This document shows, one piece after another, positions 57,776 to 64,000 of a stretch of DNA of 64,000 nt; position 1 is the stretch's first letter, and every line of letters begins with the position of its first letter. The notes beneath the pieces are model-generated. The model was given only the letters and a program-made list of their open reading frames with translations, was not told the origin of the DNA and did not search any database. The translations under genes and the position numbers were made by a program. The stretch comes from Chloroflexota bacterium (GTDB lineage: Bacteria > Chloroflexota > UBA11872 > VXOZ01): the NCBI GenBank assembly GCA_965220175.1, contig OZ244814.1:2634630-2698629 (forward strand), written 5' to 3'.

Positions 57776-58567
57776 TCACTTGACCAGTCGGCGGTGCAAG
57801 AGGGTGGCGGCGATGGGGAAGAGTACAACGATCCAAGCGATCACGTATACACCCGCGAGCAGATGAGACATGCCCAAGTCACCGGTTACAAATCCTCGGG
57901 CCAGGTGCACGGAGGGCGTCAGCGGAGCGGCCCAAGCGAGCGGTTCCACCCAATCTGGCATGGAAGAGATGGGAAAGAACGCGCCGCTGAGAAAGTAAAG
58001 CGGACTCGCCACCACGGTGAAAATCAGCGACAGAATGTGCACGTTCGGTGAAAGCGCGGCGAATATGAGCCCCAGCGCCCCAAACTGCACACCAACCAAG
58101 GCCGCCGGCAGTAGGACCCCCACGCTGGAGAGGGGGTCTATCCAGCCAAAGGCCGTTGCTACAGTCCCAATGCATACCGCCGTTGCGATTGTTCTTGTCA
58201 TGGACCAGAAGATGTCGCCCATAGCGACCTCCCGTGTGCTCACCGGCGCGGTCAGTGTGGTCTCATACACACCTTTCTGGATGCGCATAAACCCTCCCCA
58301 AGCGCACTCGAAAACGGCGTGGAACATGGCGGAGCCCACAATGACGCCGGGAGCTATGAACCGCGCATACGGCACGCCTTGAACATCATTCACCAGGGAG
58401 CCCACACCGATGCCAATGGCCACGAGAATCACGAAAGGCTCGACGAAGTACCAAGATATGGACGTAAGCAGATTGCGCCTGAGCACGAGGAAGTGCCGGT
58501 ACCAAATGCCGGCTATGCTCCGCAGCCTGACGCCTGCGATGTAGGTACTTGCTGTTGCAGCCATCAT
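57776..58567 (-). CDS. ABC-2 type permease (NodJ-like)
   Basis: 6 TM; 'PLYFLSGAFFP', 'PLTPSVHLAR'. Confidence 0.88.
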   Translation of the reverse strand: MMAATASTYIAGVRLRSIAGIWYRHFLVLRRNLLTSISWYFVEPFVILVAIGIGVGSLVNDVQGVPYARFIAPGVIVGSAMFHAVFECAWGGFMRIQKGVYETTLTAPVSTREVAMGDIFWSMTRTIATAVCIGTVATAFGWIDPLSSVGVLLPAALVGVQFGALGLIFAALSPNVHILSLIFTVVASPLYFLSGAFFPISSMPDWVEPLAWAAPLTPSVHLARGFVTGDLGMSHLLAGVYVIAWIVVLFPIAATLLHRRLVK

Positions 58568-59496
58568 TCGTCGTCCGTCAACCCGCGGCCCGCCATGGTG
58601 AGAAATACGTCCTCCAGGTTGGAGGGCCGGTAGGAGACCCGCACACCTGCCAATCCCGATAGATCCGGGCGCGCGCCGTTGCGGGACGTCACGGTGATGA
58701 CCGCGCCGGCGTCTCGATAGTCGAGGCCGGCATTGCCGATCCAGTCCACCACGTCCTGGCGCGCACCGTTGGATACGCGCACCTGCGCCACTTCCGAGCC
58801 TGCGTGCCGGGTGACCAGCTCGTCCGGTGTTCCTTCAGCGAGGATCCTACCGTGGTGCATGATGGCAAGCCGATCGCAGAGCGCCGCGGCTTCATCCATG
58901 TAGTGCGTGGACATGAGAATGGTCACACCGCCCTGCTTCATGGTCTCCAGCTCTTGCCACACGCGATTGCGGCCCTGCGGGTCAAGGCCGGTCGTGGGCT
59001 CGTCAAGAACAATGACGCGAGGGCTGGTCATAAAGGCCCTGGCAATAGCGAGGCGCCGCTTCATGCCGCCGGACAGATAGTCGATTTCCTCATGTGCCTT
59101 GTCGGTCAGGTCGAAGAACATCAGCACAGCGTCCGCGCGTCTTTCGGCTTCCTTCCAAGAGAGTCCGGCGGTAAAGCCGAACACAATGAGGTTCTGCCTG
59201 GCGTCAAGGTCGGTATCGAGGCCGTCTTCCTGCGTCACGACACCGAGGACATTGCGGACTTCCCGGGCCTGGCGGGTCACGTCTATGCCTGCCACGGTCA
59301 GCGTGCCGGCGGTGAGCGGGGAGAGCCCGCTAATCATGCGCATGGTGGTGGTCTTGCCCGCGCCGTTCGGGCCAAGCAGGCCATAGGTTTCGCCGCGGCT
59401 GACCTCGAACGAGATGCCGTCCACGGCGACAATCTCTCCGAACCGTTTCGTGAGATTCGATGCGCGAATGACGGTGCCTTCACTCTGGTCGTTCAC
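58564..59496 (-). CDS. ABC-2 type ATP-binding protein (NodI/DrrA-like)
   Basis: GPNGAGKTT, LSGGMKRR, LDEPTTGLDPQ, 'STHYMDEA'. Confidence 0.92.
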   Translation of the reverse strand: MNDQSEGTVIRASNLTKRFGEIVAVDGISFEVSRGETYGLLGPNGAGKTTTMRMISGLSPLTAGTLTVAGIDVTRQAREVRNVLGVVTQEDGLDTDLDARQNLIVFGFTAGLSWKEAERRADAVLMFFDLTDKAHEEIDYLSGGMKRRLAIARAFMTSPRVIVLDEPTTGLDPQGRNRVWQELETMKQGGVTILMSTHYMDEAAALCDRLAIMHHGRILAEGTPDELVTRHAGSEVAQVRVSNGARQDVVDWIGNAGLDYRDAGAVITVTSRNGARPDLSGLAGVRVSYRPSNLEDVFLTMAGRGLTDDE

Positions 59497-59556
59497 AGTC
59501 GTTCCTCAATGCCGGCAGGTACGATACAGGCCTTCTCTAATCGCTTAGTGCTATTC

Positions 59557-59587
59557 AAACGAAAGCGGAAGGTTTAACCCTTCCGCT
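59557..59587 (-). terminator. Intrinsic terminator downstream of tRNA-Arg
   Basis: Minus strand: 9-bp stem AGCGGAAGG/CCTTCCGCT followed by TTCGTTT. Confidence 0.7.
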
Positions 59588-59609
59588 CATATCCTGTTCG
59601 CGTTAGAGT

Positions 59610-59685
59610 TGGTACGCCTGGAGGGATTCGAACCCCCGACCCTCGGTTCCGAAGACCGATGCTCTGTCCACTGAGCTACAGGCGC
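59610..59685 (-). tRNA. tRNA-Arg (anticodon TCG)
   Basis: Cloverleaf GCGCCTG-TA-GCTC AGTGGACA GAGC-A-TCGGT CT-TCG-GA ACCGA-GGGTC-GGGGG TTCGAAT CCCTC-CAGGCGT-A-CCA; CCA encoded. Confidence 0.97.
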
Positions 59686-59754
59686 AGGTGGGCGCTTTGC
59701 GAAGAAAGCGATAGAGCCGCCTGATTAATTATAGCAGGCGAGCGCGCAAGTCCT

Positions 59755-59826
59755 GTCACTCCGGCGGATGCCGGAGTCCAGGGCACGCGGAGAAGATGGA
59801 TTCCCGCTTTCGCGGGAATGACGGAA
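59755..59826. repeat. Inverted REP dimer (BIME-like) of CGTC-type palindromes
   Basis: GTCACTCCGGCGGATGCCGGAGTCCAG (59755-59781) followed by the inverted ATGGATTCCCGCTTTCGCGGGAATGACGG. Confidence 0.8.
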
Positions 59827-59963
59827 AGAGGCGTACTTCAGGTCTTGTCTGATCGGACCGGAAAAAACCTATCAACGAATTAGTTAACATTCACAATTCC
59901 AATAAGCCCCCGGCGCACCGCCCTCGCGCAAAGAAACTTCGTGTAGGCTCAGGATAGTGCGTC

Positions 59964-61232
59964 CTACGGCCGGTTAACGGTGCCGTCGGCGCGGCGCAGG
60001 GGCGCCCAGCCGCCGCCATACGGCATTTCCGGCAAGGGGAATCGCGCCGCCAGCTCTTCGTCGAGATCTATGCCGAGGCCGGGGCGTTCATTCGACCACA
60101 TCGCGCCGTCGCGGATCTCCGGCGTGCCGGGAAATGTGTCCTGCGCGGCCTGGTTGAACCTGTGCTGCTCCTGAATGCCAAAATTGTGGCAGGCAAAATC
60201 CAGATGCATGTTGGCTGCGTGTCCCACCGGCGAAACGTCGGCCGGTCCGTGCCAAGCCGTGCGCACGCCGTAGAATTCGCAGAAGGCGGCCAGTTTGCGT
60301 GCCATCGAAATGCCGCCGATGTCGGAGATGTGGACCCGTATGAAGTCGATGAGCCGTTCCTGAATCAGGGGCACATACTCGGCTTGGTTGACGAAGAGTT
60401 CGCCCATGGCGATGGGAGTCGTGGTCTGCTGGCGCATGATGCGAAAGTAGGCGTTGTCCTCCGGCGCCAGCGGGTCTTCCAAGAAGAAGAGATTATAGGG
60501 TTCAAGTGCTTTCGCCAGTCCAAGCGCCTGGATGGGCGGGATGCGCTCGTGCACGTCGTGGATCAACTCCACGCTGTCGCCCAACTGGTTGCGCAGGTGC
60601 TCGAAAAGCCGGGGCAGTTGCCGCACGTACGGTGTCGGCTCCCAGTAGCCCTCCAAAACGCCGTGATCCACTTCGAAAGCCTCTCCACCAGATTTGCCGG
60701 CACTCTCGCCTTGAGACGGGCGCTTCCAACCCGTGGCGTTGCTACCGGCACTGTAGGACCTAAATCCCGGCTCGCTCGTCGAACACTTAACGTAGCGGTA
60801 TCCCTGCTCCATAGCCGCGCGCACGGACTCTTCCGCCGCGTGCACATCTTCGCCGCCAGCGGAGGTATAGAGCGGTACGAATTCCCGGCACTTGCCGCCA
60901 AGAAGCTGGTACAGGGGCATGTTTGCACACTTGCCCTTTATGTCCCACAGCGCCGCATCCACGCCCGCCAGGGCGTTATTCAACACCGGACCGCTCCGCC
61001 AGTAGGAATTCACGTAGGACGACTGCCAGATGTCCTCGATGGCGGACGGGTCTTTGCCGACGAGGAAAGGGCGCAGGTATTCGTTTACCGCCGTTACAAC
61101 GGTCAGGGGCCGCTGCCTGAATGTGGCACAACCCACCCCGTGGAGGCCGGGCGTGCTCGTCTCGATCTTGACGACGACTAGCGCAAGGCCGGCCGGCGCG
61201 GTGCAGATGGCGCGAACGTTGGTGATGCGCAT
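59964..61232 (-). CDS. rspA: Enolase superfamily dehydratase (RspA/ManD mannonate dehydratase-like)
   Basis: 'YVNSYWRSGPV', 'ALWDIKGK', 'HDVHER', 'FFLEDP', 'MGE', 'WHGP.DVSPVG'. Confidence 0.88.
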   Translation of the reverse strand: MRITNVRAICTAPAGLALVVVKIETSTPGLHGVGCATFRQRPLTVVTAVNEYLRPFLVGKDPSAIEDIWQSSYVNSYWRSGPVLNNALAGVDAALWDIKGKCANMPLYQLLGGKCREFVPLYTSAGGEDVHAAEESVRAAMEQGYRYVKCSTSEPGFRSYSAGSNATGWKRPSQGESAGKSGGEAFEVDHGVLEGYWEPTPYVRQLPRLFEHLRNQLGDSVELIHDVHERIPPIQALGLAKALEPYNLFFLEDPLAPEDNAYFRIMRQQTTTPIAMGELFVNQAEYVPLIQERLIDFIRVHISDIGGISMARKLAAFCEFYGVRTAWHGPADVSPVGHAANMHLDFACHNFGIQEQHRFNQAAQDTFPGTPEIRDGAMWSNERPGLGIDLDEELAARFPLPEMPYGGGWAPLRRADGTVNRP

Positions 61233-61312
61233 GGTATTCCATCCTTTGACACTATTCCGTAGACGCGCCGCGAAGTGCGGCGGCCCGATTGCACACAGGT
61301 TCTCAACTGCCG

Positions 61313-62212
61313 CTAAAAGGCCAAATGCAGCACCCGATCGAATCCGGCAAGATCGCGATAGACGGACACGCGGGCGCCAGGGGCGAGACGCCAAGCAAGC
61401 TCCCGCAGTGATGCCGCCATGTCAAAACCAATCTCGAAGAAGGCATGACCGCCAGGCGGAAGATAGACTTGCAGAAAAGGGAACATCGAGCGGTAAGCGA
61501 TGAGCCCATCGTTCCCGCCGGACAATGCGACGGTCGGCTCATAGTCACGCACGTCGCGATCAAGACTCGGAATCTCACTTTCCGGGATATACGGCGGATT
61601 GCACACGATCACTTCCATTGGTTTCGGCAGCGCTGTCAAGTGATTCCCCAGCGAGAACACCATCCTATCCGCTACCTCGTGGGAAGCGGCGTTCCTTTGC
61701 GCTACTTCCAGCGCGTCGGCAGACACATCTGTAGCGTACACGGTGGCATGGGGGAGGTATTTTGCAATGCTAACGCCAATTGCGCCGCTACCGGTACCGA
61801 CGTCGGCAATGAGCGGATGCGACCCATTGCCTTGTTTAGACACTCTGGGGACGCCTGTCACAGGGCTACGAACAAAGAGATTTAGCACCTTCTCAACTAA
61901 GAGTTCCGTTTCAGGTCGCGGAATAAGCACCCTGCAGTCCACTGCGAACTCGAGGCCCATGAACTCTCGGCAGCCTGTGATGTAGGCGATGGGTTCACGC
62001 TCCTGGCGGCGCGCGATCAGCTGGCTAAACTCGGTTACCTCCTTGTCCGAGAGTGCAGCGATGCGCTCACCGGCAAGGTCTTCTTCACTACAGTCCAGCA
62101 CGTGCCTCAGTAGGATTCGGGACTCGCGAACGTAAGAGTCTAATCCGAAAGCTCTGAGTTGCTCCGCTCCCCAACGGAGAGCATCTCTCAAACCTGGCGA
62201 GGTGAGTGACAT
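61313..62212 (-). CDS. prmC: Release factor glutamine methyltransferase
   Basis: 'EPIAYITG.REF.GL', 'LIPRPETE', 'DVGTGSG', NPPY. Confidence 0.95.
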   Translation of the reverse strand: MSLTSPGLRDALRWGAEQLRAFGLDSYVRESRILLRHVLDCSEEDLAGERIAALSDKEVTEFSQLIARRQEREPIAYITGCREFMGLEFAVDCRVLIPRPETELLVEKVLNLFVRSPVTGVPRVSKQGNGSHPLIADVGTGSGAIGVSIAKYLPHATVYATDVSADALEVAQRNAASHEVADRMVFSLGNHLTALPKPMEVIVCNPPYIPESEIPSLDRDVRDYEPTVALSGGNDGLIAYRSMFPFLQVYLPPGGHAFFEIGFDMAASLRELAWRLAPGARVSVYRDLAGFDRVLHLAF

Positions 62213-62332
62213 GTCTTTGCGAATAGCACGTGCGCTTGTGTCAAGGGCGCTAGTAAGAAACCGGAGAATTACCAGAGGGCGGGGCAGACAGTCTTCCTGC
62301 GAGACTCTCAAACACGGAGGCGAAGTGCCAGT

Positions 62333-63403
62333 TTACGCCTCCGCGCCCGCGGTCGCCAGGCGCTCAGACTCGTACGTGGTTGTGAGGGCGTCCACGACTC
62401 CCTCCAGATTACCGTCAACCATCTGGTCCAACGTATAAATGGTGAGGTTGATGCGGTGATCCGTCACGCGATTTTGCGGGAAGTTATAGGTGCGGATCTT
62501 CTCGCTCCGCTCTCCCGTCCCAACCAAGCTCCGGCGCATGGCTGATTCTTTCTCTTGTTGTTTGCGCTGTTCCATCTCCAGGAGCCGGGCACGCAAGACT
62601 GCCAGCGCCCGGATGCGGTTTTGCTGTTGGGAACGTTCATCTTGGCACGTTACCACCAGACCGGTAGGCAGGTGCGTGATGCGCACAGCCGAGTCAGTAG
62701 TGTTGACGCTTTGACCGCCGTGACCGCTCGCGCGGTAAACGTCGATTGTGAGATCGTCCGGGCTGATGCTGACGTCGATTTCCTGCGCTTCGGGCAAAAC
62801 GGCGACCGTGGCAGTAGAAGTATGGATACGGCCGCTCGTCTCAGTGACGGGCACGCGCTGCACGCGGTGCACGCCGCCCTCAAACTTTAGGCGGCTGTAA
62901 GCGCCCTGCCCCTTGACGAGAAAAATAATCTCCTTGAAACCGCCAATGCCGGTCGGACTGGATGACAAGAACTCTGTCTTCCAGCCTTGCTTTTCCGCAA
63001 AGAGGTTGTACATGCGAAAGAGGTCTGCGGCAAAGAGCCCTGCCTCATCACCACCCGCGCCGGCGCGTATCTCCATGATGACATTGCGGTCGTCATTTGG
63101 GTCCTTCGGCACCAATGCGGCCCGCGTCTGCTCAAGGAGCGACTCCTTTTGGCTCTCGAGTTGCTGTAATTCTAGCCGCGCCATTTCCAAGAGCTCGTCG
63201 TCATCCTCTTCAGCCAGCAACTCTTCGGCGCCGCTGATCTCTCTGTCCACACGCTGAAGATCGTTGTAAAGGAGTACCACCTTTTCCAGTGAGGCCTGTT
63301 CCTTGGCGAACGCAGTAATCTGCGGAATGTCATTACTGTGCTCAGCCATGAGCAGATTGAGTTCCTGGTACCGGGCTTCGATTTCGGCCAGTTTTTCTAA
63401 CAT
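62333..63403 (-). CDS. prfA: Peptide chain release factor 1
   Basis: '[11 protein letters not shown]', '[14 protein letters not shown]', GGQ, '[14 protein letters not shown]'. Confidence 0.97.
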   Translation of the reverse strand: MLEKLAEIEARYQELNLLMAEHSNDIPQITAFAKEQASLEKVVLLYNDLQRVDREISGAEELLAEEDDDELLEMARLELQQLESQKESLLEQTRAALVPKDPNDDRNVIMEIRAGAGGDEAGLFAADLFRMYNLFAEKQGWKTEFLSSSPTGIGGFKEIIFLVKGQGAYSRLKFEGGVHRVQRVPVTETSGRIHTSTATVAVLPEAQEIDVSISPDDLTIDVYRASGHGGQSVNTTDSAVRITHLPTGLVVTCQDERSQQQNRIRALAVLRARLLEMEQRKQQEKESAMRRSLVGTGERSEKIRTYNFPQNRVTDHRINLTIYTLDQMVDGNLEGVVDALTTTYESERLATAGAEA

Positions 63404-63419
63404 TTTCCGTCACATGCTC

Positions 63420-64000
63420 TCAAGCAGTTTCCAAAGACCCCAATGGGGTCGGTTCTCTTGCTCTGTCGTCCGCTGATATTACAGCCCGGAGCGCGGCTAT
63501 GGCCACGGCAACCTGGCCGTCATCAGGCTCCCGGGTGGTCAAGGACTGCAGCCATAGGCCCGGCCACACTAACGCTCTGACAAAGACTTGCCTAAAATGC
63601 CTCGCAGAGAATCGCAGCCACTCGTAAGCAAGCCCGATCAATACCGGAACCAAGAGTATACGAGATAGTATACGCAACCACAGTGGCAGATGTCCCAACA
63701 ATGCAAACAATACGATGCTCAACACTATCACAACCAGGAGCAGCGCCGTGCCGCAGCGGGGATGCGCGGTGGAACACGTTTGCACGGTTTCGGGCTCCAG
63801 GTCCAGTCCTCGCTCCTGCGCATGGACGGCCTTGTGCTCGGCGCCGTGGTAGGCAAACACGCGTCCTACGTTGGGCGAAATCCCTATCAGCCACAGGTAG
63901 CCAACCAGCAGGAGGAGACGAAGCAAACCCTCAGCGAGACTGGCAAGCGCCGCGTTGCCGATTTGACCATAAAAGATGCCGACAATGAGCATCGGCATCA
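63420..64000 (-). CDS. DUF1385 membrane protein (5' end beyond window)
   Basis: 'FAYHGAEHK', 'HPRCGT', 'LTTREP'; usual neighbour of prfA/prmC. Confidence 0.88.
   Translation of the reverse strand, partial: MPMLIVGIFYGQIGNAALASLAEGLLRLLLLVGYLWLIGISPNVGRVFAYHGAEHKAVHAQERGLDLEPETVQTCSTAHPRCGTALLLVVIVLSIVLFALLGHLPLWLRILSRILLVPVLIGLAYEWLRFSARHFRQVFVRALVWPGLWLQSLTTREPDDGQVAVAIAALRAVISADDRAREPTPLGSLETA

Noticed and set aside
1-64000. CRISPR array, rRNA, integrase, transposase, prophage genes
   Set aside because: No regularly spaced repeats and no such motifs were found.

Overview
Bacterial chromosomal segment of roughly 55-62% GC. The gene content (dcw genes, FemABX pair, yggS-yggT-yggU-hisS, prfA-prmC-DUF1385) suggests a monoderm lineage such as Chloroflexota; this is inference only. 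From 1 to about 47 kb the window is mostly housekeeping: a streamlined division/cell-wall cluster (ftsL-ftsI-ftsW-murC-murB-ftsQ-ftsA-ftsZ), metG-tatD-hepT-M81 peptidase-menG, a bactofilin-like membrane protein with two FemABX genes, GH4, a sugar ABC ATPase, htpX, hisS, chrA, lgt, trxA, dnaA, rdgB, a heterodimeric ABC exporter and a K+ channel. From about 47.4 to 59.6 kb the composition is mosaic and the block ends at the 3' end of a tRNA-Arg(UCG). Its core is an AT-richer, tightly coupled three-gene operon: DUF4338/DruA-like + NurA-like nuclease + HerA-like ATPase. I do not recognise this combination as a named system, and it is the best candidate for a new anti-phage or DNA-processing system. 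A second highlight is a palindromic REP/dRS3-like repeat inserted in frame into moeA, with an identical 34-bp copy beside the tRNA. No rRNA, CRISPR array, integrase or transposase was seen. All family assignments come from motif recognition by eye, not database searches.
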